A stretch of 64,000 nt of DNA, from assembly GCA_041489925.1 (NCBI GenBank), contig JBGPSD010000002.1, forward strand, positions 55,449-119,448, read 5' to 3'. The notes below the pieces were generated by a model. The model worked only from the letters and a program-made list of their open reading frames with translations, had not been told where the DNA came from and made no database searches. Position 1 is the stretch's first letter. The number at the start of each line of letters is the position of its first letter. Below, one piece after another: positions 55,129 to 64,000 of this stretch. The position numbers and the translations under genes were made by a program. This DNA comes from Candidatus Nanoarchaeia archaeon. Its GTDB lineage: Archaea > Nanobdellota > Nanobdellia > Woesearchaeales > ARS49.

Positions 55129-56100
55129 TCAGAGTTTTTTCTTCAAATCTTCGATTATGTGCGTGTCAATCGGGTCAACACCGTATTTCTCTGCTAAATA
55201 ATAAGACGTTAAATCACCCATGTAGAGCGCTGTGAAAATCTTGACAAGCGGAAGCATTCCCTTCAGCATTATTTCTGTTATCGGTATTTTCCTGTCCTTG
55301 ACCAGCTGCTTCAGGTGGTCCATGCGCTTCCTGTTCTGTGCGTGCTCGCGCTCGTCGCGCAGCAGAATGACGTGGAATGTGTCTTTTGCGTTCTGGTACG
55401 CGGTGATTTCATTGTGGTCAAGCTCTGAAAACACATTGTAGAACGCGTGCGACTTGCTGTTCTCGTTGAACTCCTGCTTCCAGCGCAAAGCAACTGCCTC
55501 GTGCTGTGGTCCTGAGTAAATGATTGGAATCTTTCCCTGCAAATGTCCTGCGAGCTCCTTTGCTTTTGAGTCAAATTCAGGGTTCTTGAGCGCTTCAATC
55601 GTTGCCTTGATTTCAGCGACATCAAGCTTGGTGATTCCTGCATTGTGCAGTACTAAGAGCATCGGGAACAAGAGGTAGGCAACAGCGCTTCTTGGCGGCA
55701 ATCCAGATGGAATGACTATTATTGGAATATTGCTCTGCCTTGCCAAATCCCTGAGCTTTCCGCCTGCTGTAAGCACGACTATTGTCGCCCTTTTTTTCTG
55801 GCATTCCTTGAAAGCAGACAGTGTCTCCTCTGTGTTTCCTGAGTATGATATTACAAATACGAGCGTGTTCTTGCTGACAAATCCCGGAACTGAGTAGTCC
55901 TTGTTGACGATTATTGGCAGCTTGCAGTTGTGCAGGACTGCCTTGAGCAAATCTCCTGGAATCCCAGAGCCGCCCATCCCTGTGACAACAATGTTTGAGA
56001 ACTCTCCTGTAACCTTGACCTCTTTTCCAAGCTGCACTCCCTCGCGAATCTGCTGGGGCAGCGCGTGTATTATACCAAGCAAATCCATGTTTCCTGCCAC
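55129..56100 (-). CDS. bifunctional phosphoglucose / phosphomannose isomerase (SIS domain)
   Basis: VTGMGGSGIPGD and VISYSGNTEET SIS motifs; length and layout of archaeal PGI/PMI. Confidence 0.75.
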   Translation of the reverse strand: MAGNMDLLGIIHALPQQIREGVQLGKEVKVTGEFSNIVVTGMGGSGIPGDLLKAVLHNCKLPIIVNKDYSVPGFVSKNTLVFVISYSGNTEETLSAFKECQKKRATIVVLTAGGKLRDLARQSNIPIIVIPSGLPPRSAVAYLLFPMLLVLHNAGITKLDVAEIKATIEALKNPEFDSKAKELAGHLQGKIPIIYSGPQHEAVALRWKQEFNENSKSHAFYNVFSELDHNEITAYQNAKDTFHVILLRDEREHAQNRKRMDHLKQLVKDRKIPITEIMLKGMLPLVKIFTALYMGDLTSYYLAEKYGVDPIDTHIIEDLKKKL

Positions 56101-56167
56101 TGCTTTTTGAGTATATTAATTTATTGTTATGGTTAGGTTTTAATACTCAAACAGCAATCTTTGGCGT

Positions 56168-57097
56168 ATGGATAAAAAGCTGGTGAAGTATATTCAGGAC
56201 AACCTCCACAAGGGGTATTCACACGCAGATGTTGCAGAGCGTTTGAGGCAGGAGGGATGGGATGATGAGGATATCCAAACCGCGCTTGCAGACGCGGCAA
56301 AGAGCCACATCGAAAGGTCCAGACTGACGCTTGCATTCGTAGGGCTTGCGGCTTTCATTGTTCTTGGACTTATTGTTTATTTTTTCGTGATTTCACCTTC
56401 ATTTGTTCAAACGCCTGAAATAGAAAAGCCAGTACTTCTCACAGAGCAGGTTACACAGCAGGCAGGCGGAATGCAGTCAGGAACTCCAGAGCTTGCCAGC
56501 CAGACAGAAGCTTTTGTTTATCCTCAGCAAGAGGTCATTACTTCTGAAACAAGCCCTGCCGCCGAACCTGCTGTTTCAGCACCATCTGTACAGATTGACC
56601 CAACGCACATCGCATATGTCCTGACGGCGCTCGGTGCGTACAAGCTTCACGCAAACCCCTTTTCAGGAGCCCTGCCTGAGCTTGAAATCATAATAACAGA
56701 CATTGGAAAGACATTTGACGCAGTTGTGCAGGACAACAAAGTGGTTGTTAAGGAGGGAAGCTCAAAAAGCCCTGATGTGACAATAAGCGTTGACCAGGAC
56801 GCGATTGTCCAGCTGCTGGCTGCAGAAACACCTGACCAGCTGAGCGCGACCGCAACAAAACTGTTCAATGAGCGCAATCAGCGCGGATACAAGGGAGAAC
56901 TGCTCGCAGCCCAGACAGACCTTTTGCTCAAGGGCTATCTCGGGCTCTACAATGATGCAAAAAAACTTGCATCACCGACAGGAAGCGTTGTTTCTGATGT
57001 TGAGCTTGTGGGCTCGCAGCTCACTGGAATGTTCCTGATGATTGTCATTTTGTGGGCAGCCCTGATTTTGCGCATGGCTCTTTCAAGGGGGAAGTGA
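56168..57097 (+). CDS. hypothetical membrane protein
   Basis: N-terminal soluble domain, one central TM and a C-terminal TM; no motifs. Confidence 0.45.
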   Translation: MDKKLVKYIQDNLHKGYSHADVAERLRQEGWDDEDIQTALADAAKSHIERSRLTLAFVGLAAFIVLGLIVYFFVISPSFVQTPEIEKPVLLTEQVTQQAGGMQSGTPELASQTEAFVYPQQEVITSETSPAAEPAVSAPSVQIDPTHIAYVLTALGAYKLHANPFSGALPELEIIITDIGKTFDAVVQDNKVVVKEGSSKSPDVTISVDQDAIVQLLAAETPDQLSATATKLFNERNQRGYKGELLAAQTDLLLKGYLGLYNDAKKLASPTGSVVSDVELVGSQLTGMFLMIVILWAALILRMALSRGK

Positions 57098-57098
57098 A

Positions 57099-57566
57099 AT
57101 GATGCTTGATTCTTCAATGCATTGGCTCTCCAACTGGGGGGTTATTGTGCCAATAGCCTGCATTTTGCTCACCCGCGACAAAAAAATAATCCTGCGCGGC
57201 TTGATTGCTGTCATTCTAACATTTTTTATCACAGATGTGCTGAAGTTGGTTATTGCCCGCCCAAGGCCGAATGCAATTGGTTCCTCCTGGTTCCTAAGCA
57301 CTCCTGCTGATGCTTACAGCTTCCCAAGCAAGCACGCATCAACAGCGTTCTCGCTGGCAACATCAGTGATTTTGCACAGGAAAGTTCTTGGCTGGATTGC
57401 AGCAATATTCGCAGTGCTGATAGCAGTTTCGCGCATTTACCTCGGCGCGCATTACTGGGGCGACATAATTGCAGGCGCTGTTCTTGGCATTCTGATTTCT
57501 TTTGCAACAGACAAAGCCGCAAGGTATTTTGAGAAAGGCAAAAAGAGCAAGCAAAGGAAATCTTGA
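57099..57566 (+). CDS. PAP2-family phosphatase (undecaprenyl-diphosphatase-like)
   Basis: KLVIARPRP, PSKHAS, SRIYLGAHYWGDI: the three PAP2 motifs. Confidence 0.7.
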   Translation: MMLDSSMHWLSNWGVIVPIACILLTRDKKIILRGLIAVILTFFITDVLKLVIARPRPNAIGSSWFLSTPADAYSFPSKHASTAFSLATSVILHRKVLGWIAAIFAVLIAVSRIYLGAHYWGDIIAGAVLGILISFATDKAARYFEKGKKSKQRKS

Positions 57567-57612
57567 GGAATCGTTTTGTTTCTGGCGCGGTACGCGCCCG
57601 TTTTTGGATAGT

Positions 57613-57620
57613 TTTTTAAA
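57613..57620 (+). promoter_or_regulatory. AT-rich TATA-like element upstream of tRNA-Leu(CAG)
   Basis: tttttaaa about 33-40 bp upstream of the tRNA 5' end. Confidence 0.3.
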
Positions 57621-57652
57621 GACTGAATAAGAGAATTCTACTGTAGTTATTT

Positions 57653-57736
57653 GCGCCGGTGCCGGAGTGGCCAAACGGGCAAGCTTCAGGAGCTTGTGGC
57701 TTAGTGCCTACGCAGGTTCGAATCCTGTCCGGCGCA
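57653..57736 (+). tRNA. tRNA-Leu(CAG), no intron
   Basis: Acceptor GCGCCGG/CCGGCGC, anticodon arm CAAGC-TTCAGGA-GCTTG, 16-nt variable arm, T-arm GCAGG-TTCGAAT-CCTGT, discriminator A. Confidence 0.8.
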
Positions 57737-57930
57737 TTGTGAGTGTAGCGAACAAGCGAGGACAGGCTCGCTGACCGCTGGTCAGCCGCTGTCTGTCCGG
57801 CGCATCACGAAGTGAGCGACGGCAGGCTCGTCAATCGCATTGACCGCTGTCTGTCTGCCGCATCGTGAGCGTAGCGAACGAGCAAAGACAGGCTCGCTGA
57901 CCGCAGTCAGCCGCTGTCTGTCCGGCGCAT
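57737..57930. repeat. three tandem ~58-68 bp units, each ending in a copy of the tRNA-Leu 3' terminal 13 nt (ctgtccggcgcat) and each containing an internal palindrome
   Basis: Copies of ctgtccggcgcat at 57793..57805 and 57918..57930, and a degenerate copy ctgtctgccgcat at 57851..57863. Units 1 and 3 are nearly identical (..gtagcgaac.agc.aggacaggctcgctgaccgc.ggtcagccgctgtctgtccggcgcat). Confidence 0.65.
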
Positions 57931-57931
57931 C

Positions 57932-58816
57932 TTATTTCTTCACCAGCTTGTTATGCAAATGCAGAAGGTAATTTGCAATCTCTGTGTTCGCGCGCTTCAT
58001 GTCGCTGAGGACAAAGTCCATGCTTGGGCAGCTGTTGACTTCGATGAGCTGCCACCTGCCTGAGGAGTCTTTCATAAGGTCTATGCCGCACCATTCAAGC
58101 CCAAAGCATTTTGCGGTCTTTGTGCATATCGCTGCAAGCTTTTTGTCAGGCCTGAAGGTCCTGTACTTCTCGTTTTTCCAGAAGAGCTTTCCTTCTTTCC
58201 AGTTTTTGCCGTATTTGGTGATTGACTGGATTATTTTTCCGCCTGCAAGAGTCACCCTGTAGCTTACCTTGCCGTGGGGCACATACCTCTGGGCGACAAG
58301 GGGCATTATCCCTGTTTTCTTGTGCAGTGTTGAAATGACATGGAGTGCCTCTTCGTAGCTCATCGCCCTCTTGACTGCCTTTCCCGTGTCAGAGAACACG
58401 CCCTTGAAAACAACAGGCCCTTCCTCAAGTATCTGCCTGAGCTTTTTCCGCGATGCATTTATGTCCCTTGGAATGTAATAAGTGATTGGCGTTGGCAGCT
58501 TGTGCTTTACGCAGGTCTGGTAGAACAGCCATTTGTCTTCGCGGTAATAGAATGATTTTGACGAGTCAATCACGCGCTTGCCCAGCCCTTCAAATGTCTT
58601 GGCCATCTCAAGCGAGTCGTATGTGTTCGGCATGTCGCCCGCAGTGTTCAGCACAATTTGCAAGCCCCTTGACCGCTCCTTGAGTGTTGAGTATTCAATG
58701 TCTGCCTGAAGCGGAAACATCACAAGGTTGAACTTTTTCTTCAAAACAGGCAAGAGATGCTTTTCAGTCGGGCTTCCGCGCGGTGTTGCTATTATGCCCA
58801 GTGCAGGTTTTTCCAA
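57932..58816 (-). CDS. ATP-grasp family ligase (RimK-like)
   Basis: ATP-grasp C-terminal signature ...WQLIEVNSCPS... and Lys/Arg-containing nucleotide-loop regions. Confidence 0.65.
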   Translation of the reverse strand: MEKPALGIIATPRGSPTEKHLLPVLKKKFNLVMFPLQADIEYSTLKERSRGLQIVLNTAGDMPNTYDSLEMAKTFEGLGKRVIDSSKSFYYREDKWLFYQTCVKHKLPTPITYYIPRDINASRKKLRQILEEGPVVFKGVFSDTGKAVKRAMSYEEALHVISTLHKKTGIMPLVAQRYVPHGKVSYRVTLAGGKIIQSITKYGKNWKEGKLFWKNEKYRTFRPDKKLAAICTKTAKCFGLEWCGIDLMKDSSGRWQLIEVNSCPSMDFVLSDMKRANTEIANYLLHLHNKLVKK

Positions 58817-58821
58817 TCAAA

Positions 58822-60501
58822 TCACTTCGTTTTCAGCCCTGTTACGCTGTACACACTTAAAGGTTTTTCCTTTCCTTTGACTTTCAATGGGGGAAGCTTC
58901 GTGGCAATAATCCTATCCTTGCAGTGCTCAAATGTTTTTGCGCCGATTATTATCTGCCCACCTTCTGCCTCGCCGCAAAGCCTTGACGCGGTATTTACCG
59001 TGTCGCCCAATGCTGTGAATTCCTGGCGCTGTGTTGAGCCCATGTTGCCGACAACCGCCCTGCCTGTGTTTACCCCGATTCCTATCTTGATAGGCGGCAT
59101 TCCCTTGCTCTTATTTCTGCACGCTTCCTGCATTTCAATTGCGGTTTTCACTGCGTGATAAGCGTGGTCAGGGTCATTTTCAGGCGAATTAAAAACTGCC
59201 ATTATGCAGTCGCCGATGAACTTGTCAAGTGTTCCGCTGTTCTTGAATACAATGTCTGTCATTTTGCTGAAATAATGGTTCAGCAGGCCAATAACCTGTT
59301 GTGGTGTAAGCTTTTCAGACAGCGCTGTAAACCCGCGGATGTCCACAAAGAGCACGCTGATTTCCTTTTCATGCCCGCCAAGCTCAAGAGATTTCTCGTT
59401 CTTAAGCAAATGGTCAACAACTTCTTTTGAGACATACCTGCCGAAGACAGACAAAATGTGCTTTTTGTGCTTTGCCTCGTTTTTCGCAATATAACTGACG
59501 CTCGCAACACCTGTGATGATTATTGCCAGCGGCAGGTGAATAAGGTTGATAATTATTCCGCGGTTATACAGCACAAGCGCAGAGGCAAACACTCCGACAA
59601 ACAGGATGACTGCGCCTGTCAGAGCCTTTGTTCCTGAAAGCCCCCAGAAAAGCAGGGCTGTCAGCAATGACAGCGCAAAAAGCGCAATCCAGATGCTTTT
59701 TATTGACTGGTAATCTATGAATTTGTGCGTGAGTATTGTCTGGAGCGCATTTGCGTGGATTTCAACCCCGGGCATCCTTTTCCCTTCTGATGTCGGAACA
59801 AGGTAATCATCGTGCAAATCCTGCGCTGTTGCTCCGATAAGGATTATTTTGTCCTTGAGCGCGTCAGGGGGGATGCGGTCATTGATTACATCTGTGAAAG
59901 AAAGCATTTTGAAGCTGTATGGCTTTGCAGCAAAGTTGACAAGCATCCTTTGCCCTGCAAACTCTGGCTTTTTTCCAATGAATTTTTCAGCAATTACAAA
60001 AGAAAGGCTTGGATTTCCATCAATGCCTGATGGGACAGCGCGGGAAATTCCGTCTGAATCTGTGAAAATATTGATTGCGCCTGTGGGAATTCCTTCAAGC
60101 GCGGGAATCGGCAGCAGCCACTCTGTTGTCTTTCCGAATTTTGTAGCTTCACGGGGGATTATTACATTGCCTGCATCCCGCATTGCCCTTCCCAATGCAG
60201 TGTCGTCAATTGAATTGCTTTCTTCAAAGAATGAAACGTCAAAGCCAACAAGCCTTGTGCCATTCAGCTTTTTGAGCAGTTCAACATAATTCTGCCTGCT
60301 CCACGGCCACCTTCCAATTTCCTGCAGGCTTTTGTCATCAACAGCAACAATCACGATGTTGTCAAGGGGCCTTGCTCCGCCGTAAAGCGCGTCAGAAAAC
60401 CTGTTCTGCCAGCCTGAAAGGATTCCCTTGTCTGCCATCAGCCCTATTGTTGCGGAAACAATTATTGCTATCAGAAGAAACGGCAGGATTGGTCTTTTCA
60501 T
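58822..60501 (-). CDS. CHASE2 sensor-domain adenylate/guanylate cyclase (class III)
   Basis: N-terminal TM plus extracytoplasmic CHASE2-like domain, three TM helices, then the cyclase core FVDIRGFT...GDCIMAVF...GDTVNTASRL. Confidence 0.75.
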   Translation of the reverse strand: MKRPILPFLLIAIIVSATIGLMADKGILSGWQNRFSDALYGGARPLDNIVIVAVDDKSLQEIGRWPWSRQNYVELLKKLNGTRLVGFDVSFFEESNSIDDTALGRAMRDAGNVIIPREATKFGKTTEWLLPIPALEGIPTGAINIFTDSDGISRAVPSGIDGNPSLSFVIAEKFIGKKPEFAGQRMLVNFAAKPYSFKMLSFTDVINDRIPPDALKDKIILIGATAQDLHDDYLVPTSEGKRMPGVEIHANALQTILTHKFIDYQSIKSIWIALFALSLLTALLFWGLSGTKALTGAVILFVGVFASALVLYNRGIIINLIHLPLAIIITGVASVSYIAKNEAKHKKHILSVFGRYVSKEVVDHLLKNEKSLELGGHEKEISVLFVDIRGFTALSEKLTPQQVIGLLNHYFSKMTDIVFKNSGTLDKFIGDCIMAVFNSPENDPDHAYHAVKTAIEMQEACRNKSKGMPPIKIGIGVNTGRAVVGNMGSTQRQEFTALGDTVNTASRLCGEAEGGQIIIGAKTFEHCKDRIIATKLPPLKVKGKEKPLSVYSVTGLKTK

Positions 60502-61337
60502 GGCTGTGCTTTTGCCTTCCTGATTGCCTTTGTTATCTGGTATGCCCTTTCAATTTTGCCCTTGAAAATGCCAGGCACCTGTTTGTAGTCAGCATCTATG
60601 TCTGCCTTTCCAGAATCTGCGTCTTCAAGGTATTGTTGCATCTGCGCGTCTGTAACCCCGTATTTTTTCTTCGCAGCACCGAGCAATGCCTTGTTCTTGC
60701 GGATTTCTCGCATCCTGATTTGCTCCAGGTGCTTGATGTATTTTTCCTTGAACTTTGCCGCCCTTGGGTCAATGTCAAAGTTTTCCTCAGTCATCTTGTC
60801 CCCTTTTGCGCGGATTCTCTGCTTTGCCTTTGCAACGAGCTTCTTTGTCGGAGTTTTTATGAAGCCAAACTCGACACTGCCGTCTTCAACATCAACCTCA
60901 TCCTCATCGCCTGATTTCAGGAAGAATTCTGTCCCCCTTACTGTTGCGACAGTGTTCGGCGTTTCAACCTCATAAGAGCTTACTCCGCTTATTCGCGTGA
61001 TTTTGTTCCAGGTCTCTCCTGCGATTTGCTTTATGCTGATTTTGTTCTTGCTTAATTCTGAGAGTTCAACTTCTGTGTTTGGCTCAAGGCTCATCACTTC
61101 CCCTTCCCTTAGGACAACTGATGCGCTTCCTTCTTTTGTGCGGACTTTTGCGCCCTCGCCAAGCTCCATTTCATCAGCTCCTGCAGTCCAGCCATTGCCG
61201 ATATCAACCTCAACCACGCCGTTGTCAATGTACAGTATTGCCGCGGTTATTGGTGATGCTGAAAGTGTCCAGAATGCTGCTGCAAGAACAACAACAACTG
61301 CAAGTGCTCCTCCGCCCCAAACATACTTCTTGTTCAT
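60498..61337 (-). CDS. FecR-domain membrane-anchored protein
   Basis: N-terminal TM, then FecR-like beta domain (...VETPNTVATVRGTEFFL...), Lys-rich tail; 4-nt overlap with the cyclase gene. Confidence 0.6.
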   Translation of the reverse strand: MNKKYVWGGGALAVVVVLAAAFWTLSASPITAAILYIDNGVVEVDIGNGWTAGADEMELGEGAKVRTKEGSASVVLREGEVMSLEPNTEVELSELSKNKISIKQIAGETWNKITRISGVSSYEVETPNTVATVRGTEFFLKSGDEDEVDVEDGSVEFGFIKTPTKKLVAKAKQRIRAKGDKMTEENFDIDPRAAKFKEKYIKHLEQIRMREIRKNKALLGAAKKKYGVTDAQMQQYLEDADSGKADIDADYKQVPGIFKGKIERAYQITKAIRKAKAQP

Positions 61338-61373
61338 TGGCTTCGAAAAACTGTTTTTGGTATAAAAATGCTT

Positions 61374-63092
61374 CTATCTTTTCGCCATCTTCAGAATTTC
61401 CTTTACAGTTGTGGCCTGCTCTGCTGATTTTTCTGGCCTGTAGCGCAGGAATCTTGGGAATCTCAATGCAAGCCCCCTGCCTTTTTCAAGCCCGCAGGTG
61501 TGGTTTGGCGACCTTGTTATTTCAGCGCCAGTGACCTCGATGACAACAGCAGGCTCAAACCATGCATCAGGAGTCATCGATTTGCGTATTTCAAGAAGCG
61601 CAGGCTTGTGGAAAATTTCGTGCTTGCGTAACTTCTTTGGCATTTCTGCAAGGTCTTTGTCAGAAAATCCTGTGCCGAGCTTGCAGAATGTTTCAAAGCG
61701 GTCAGCTGATTCATTGTAAGCTGCGCAAAGCAAGGCTCCATAAGCGCCTGCTCTGCGCCCGCGCCCCCTGTATGCTCCGACGACAACCAAATCAAAAGTG
61801 TCCCGTAATCCCTTGACATATTCCGGCTTCCATTTTACCCAGTGCCATCCGCGCACTCCTGCCTGATAGCTCGAATCCTGCTTCAGGCTCTTGACAACAA
61901 TTCCCTCGCCGCCATTTTCCACTGTTTTGTTGAACAATTCCTCTGCGCAGTCAGGATTGTCGCAAATGATTCGCAAAGCAAGCCTGATTTTGTCAGACTG
62001 CCTGATTGTTTTCTTCAGAATCGCATACCGCTTTGGGTAAGATTCGTGAATCAGGGTTTTTCCATTGCAGTAAAGAATTTCAAATGCGAACAAACACACA
62101 GGAATTTTCTTGATATATTCCTCCACATCATACTTTCTCCTTCTTTGCATTAATAACTGGAACGCTAGAAGGTTTCCTTTCTTGTCAACAGGCATGCATT
62201 CGCCTTCAATCACGCATTCTTTTGCCTTGACGTTTCTTCGCACTGCTTCAACAATGTCAGGGAATTGTGATGTTATGTTCTCCAGTCTTCTTGAATAAAG
62301 CACTATCTTGTTGCCTTTCTTGTGGACTTGTATTCTTTCTCCGTCATATTTCTGCTCAACAGCAAAAGGAACACCCATTTTTCCAGGAATCGCATTCAGG
62401 CTCTTTACGCGCTGGCAGAGCATCATCTGGATTGGAACTCCAAGAGCCACGCCAATCTTCCTGATTCCAGCAAGCCCTTTATTTGCAATTGTGCGGGCAA
62501 TGATTGCGACATCAGGGGAAATCATGAATGCGTGCTCAACCTCTTTCTTTGCCTCTTTTGAGCCTGTAAAAGTGATGCACAATGCGTCAAGCACTGTCTT
62601 GTCTCCGACTCCAAGGCGGAGACTGCCCTGAACAATGCGGGCAAGATAGCGTGCCTCTTTCGCAGAGGCATTTTTCAAAAGCCCTGCAAGAAGCAAAACC
62701 TTGTCCTCCTGGCTTCCTGTGCCAGATGCTTCTGCAATCCTGTGCAGTGTGTCAAAGACTTCTGTGACACTGAGCTCTTTTCTCTTCCTGCCGACAAGCT
62801 CCTCTGCGACAAGCCCTATATCGCCGAGCTTTTTGTAAAGATGGAGCGCTTCTGGCTGTGATGTCCCAGCAGCTTCTGCAACCGCCCGCAAAACCATTTT
62901 CTCAGCCATGCCGAGGTTGATGTCTGCGTAGTCGCTTGCAATCCTTCCAAGAGTAAGGTATGCGACCTTGTCTATCTCGCTTTTTGAGACCTTTTTGAAC
63001 AATCCGGCGAGAATCCTGCGAAGCTCATTTCCAGAACTCGTATTTTCGAGCTGTTCATAAACTTCAGCAAGGTCCTTGAAAAATAGCGCCAT
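61374..63092 (-). CDS. lig: ATP-dependent DNA ligase (archaeal/eukaryotic type)
   Basis: Adenylation motif EQKYDGERIQVH (KxDGxR), OB domain; start set at the Met behind a TATA-like element. Confidence 0.8.
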   Translation of the reverse strand: MALFFKDLAEVYEQLENTSSGNELRRILAGLFKKVSKSEIDKVAYLTLGRIASDYADINLGMAEKMVLRAVAEAAGTSQPEALHLYKKLGDIGLVAEELVGRKRKELSVTEVFDTLHRIAEASGTGSQEDKVLLLAGLLKNASAKEARYLARIVQGSLRLGVGDKTVLDALCITFTGSKEAKKEVEHAFMISPDVAIIARTIANKGLAGIRKIGVALGVPIQMMLCQRVKSLNAIPGKMGVPFAVEQKYDGERIQVHKKGNKIVLYSRRLENITSQFPDIVEAVRRNVKAKECVIEGECMPVDKKGNLLAFQLLMQRRRKYDVEEYIKKIPVCLFAFEILYCNGKTLIHESYPKRYAILKKTIRQSDKIRLALRIICDNPDCAEELFNKTVENGGEGIVVKSLKQDSSYQAGVRGWHWVKWKPEYVKGLRDTFDLVVVGAYRGRGRRAGAYGALLCAAYNESADRFETFCKLGTGFSDKDLAEMPKKLRKHEIFHKPALLEIRKSMTPDAWFEPAVVIEVTGAEITRSPNHTCGLEKGRGLALRFPRFLRYRPEKSAEQATTVKEILKMAKR

Positions 63093-63114
63093 ACCGCATT
63101 GCAGGATAACTGGT

Positions 63115-63122
63115 TTAAAAAT
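63115..63122 (-). promoter_or_regulatory. TATA-like element (tttttaaa on the minus strand) about 26 bp upstream of the DNA ligase start
   Basis: Spacing fits the start at 63092. Confidence 0.35.
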
Positions 63123-63172
63123 CTTTATGGTGTTTTGCAGGCAAATGTTTTTATAACAATCTGCCTGCAGCC

Positions 63173-63940
63173 ATGCTGATGCCAAAGGATGATTCATTTT
63201 ACCTGCTTGAGGATACGATTGAGCTGATCAGGGGGATTGAGGAAAATCTTGAGCTTGACAAGCTTGACCTGAAAAAAGAGCTGGACTTGAATGACGCTGA
63301 CACGCGCAAACGGGTCAATGACCTGATAAAAAATCTTGACATTCTGCTTTTAAGGGAAGGGCGTGACCCGCGGATGCTGAAGCTGGTGGTGCAGGTAAAG
63401 GGATTAAAGGAATTTCTTCAGCTGCTGCAAAAAGCGCTTTCAGGAAGCGCCTCATATGCAAAATGGCTTCAGAAGCAGAAAGGCGTTAACACGAAAAAAG
63501 AGGTCAATAACGCAATTGACAGGGTTGTTGCAGGGCTTGGCGAATGGGTTGCTATTGCTGAAGAAAAGGTCCACGCCCACCGGAGTGGTGCTGCGAAAAA
63601 CAAGTATCTCAAGGACCTTCCTTTGCCTGCACAGTCTGATTATTTTTACGTCATGGTCAAGGAGCTGAATCCTTTGCAGACAAAGTACCTGCATCCTTTT
63701 GACCCAAGGCAGCTGGAGAACCAGAAATCAAGGCCTACTAAAGAATTGCTCAAGCCCGACCCCACAGACCCCATATCTGGTTTCAGGATTTTTGAGCAGG
63801 GTGACAACGCGCTTTATCCTGGTTCAGGGGTGAGGATTATCGGCGGGCATCACCGCACTTTTGAGCTTTACCGCAGGTTCTTGCAGGGAAAACTTGACGG
63901 AAACACCCTTGTTCTGATAAAAAAGCGTTATGCTGTCTGA
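63173..63940 (+). CDS. hypothetical protein
   Basis: 255-aa helical ORF; no motifs. Confidence 0.4.
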   Translation: MLMPKDDSFYLLEDTIELIRGIEENLELDKLDLKKELDLNDADTRKRVNDLIKNLDILLLREGRDPRMLKLVVQVKGLKEFLQLLQKALSGSASYAKWLQKQKGVNTKKEVNNAIDRVVAGLGEWVAIAEEKVHAHRSGAAKNKYLKDLPLPAQSDYFYVMVKELNPLQTKYLHPFDPRQLENQKSRPTKELLKPDPTDPISGFRIFEQGDNALYPGSGVRIIGGHHRTFELYRRFLQGKLDGNTLVLIKKRYAV

Positions 63941-64000
63941 ATTATTTTTTGTAAAGGGGCTGCTGGCTCAAGAATGCGTCGGTGAAATATCCGCCGTCAG

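Noticed and set aside
57737-57930. Possible CRISPR array
   Set aside because: Only three units with no unique spacers of uniform length; each unit is an imperfect copy of the others and of the tRNA 3' end. This is a tandem repeat, not a repeat-spacer array, and no cas genes are nearby.

Overview
This window reads as an archaeal chromosomal segment of roughly 50% GC, gene-dense on both strands, with no CRISPR array, IS element or rRNA visible. Archaeal hallmarks seen directly: two tRNAs that look intron-containing (tRNA-Leu(UAA) with a ~46-nt intron; a tRNA-Thr(GGU)-like gene with a ~16-nt intron), ribosomal protein L10e, a NOG1-type GTPase, archaeal-type triosephosphate isomerase, bifunctional PGI/PMI, endonuclease Q, an ATP-dependent DNA ligase, TATA-like boxes about 26 bp upstream of start codons, and many proteins with class III (type IV pilin-like) signal peptides alongside a prepilin/preflagellin peptidase. 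The most striking structure is a ~17 kb co-directional eight-gene cluster on the minus strand (24091..40927). It is built from a duplicated module: a large protein with a class III pilin-like N-terminus (KKG/KRG then QIT), a giant Sec-secreted protein (1036 aa / 1984 aa), and a polytopic membrane protein; module 1 additionally carries a 467-aa secreted protein and module 2 a 202-aa membrane-anchored protein. This looks like an undescribed pilus-associated surface, adhesion or attachment system. Other noteworthy items: a compact operon of a small coiled-coil protein, an HExxH metallopeptidase with a Gly/Ser/Tyr-rich low-complexity N-terminus, and a pseudo-dimeric nucleotidyltransferase (9922..12885), a candidate defence or signalling module; a RelE/ParE-like toxin domain fused to an unknown N-terminal domain; two tandem HIT-like proteins that both lack the nucleophile histidine; a tRNA-Leu(CAG) followed by three tandem ~60-68 bp units that each re-copy the tRNA 3' end; a second pilin locus with a Cys-rich lipoprotein; a CHASE2 adenylate cyclase with a FecR-domain partner (bacterial-type signalling); a lipoprotein ending in Phe that resembles an outer-membrane barrel; and a UppS-like cis-prenyltransferase homolog lacking the catalytic DGN motif at the left window edge. 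All functional calls rest on motif recognition by eye; no database search was run.
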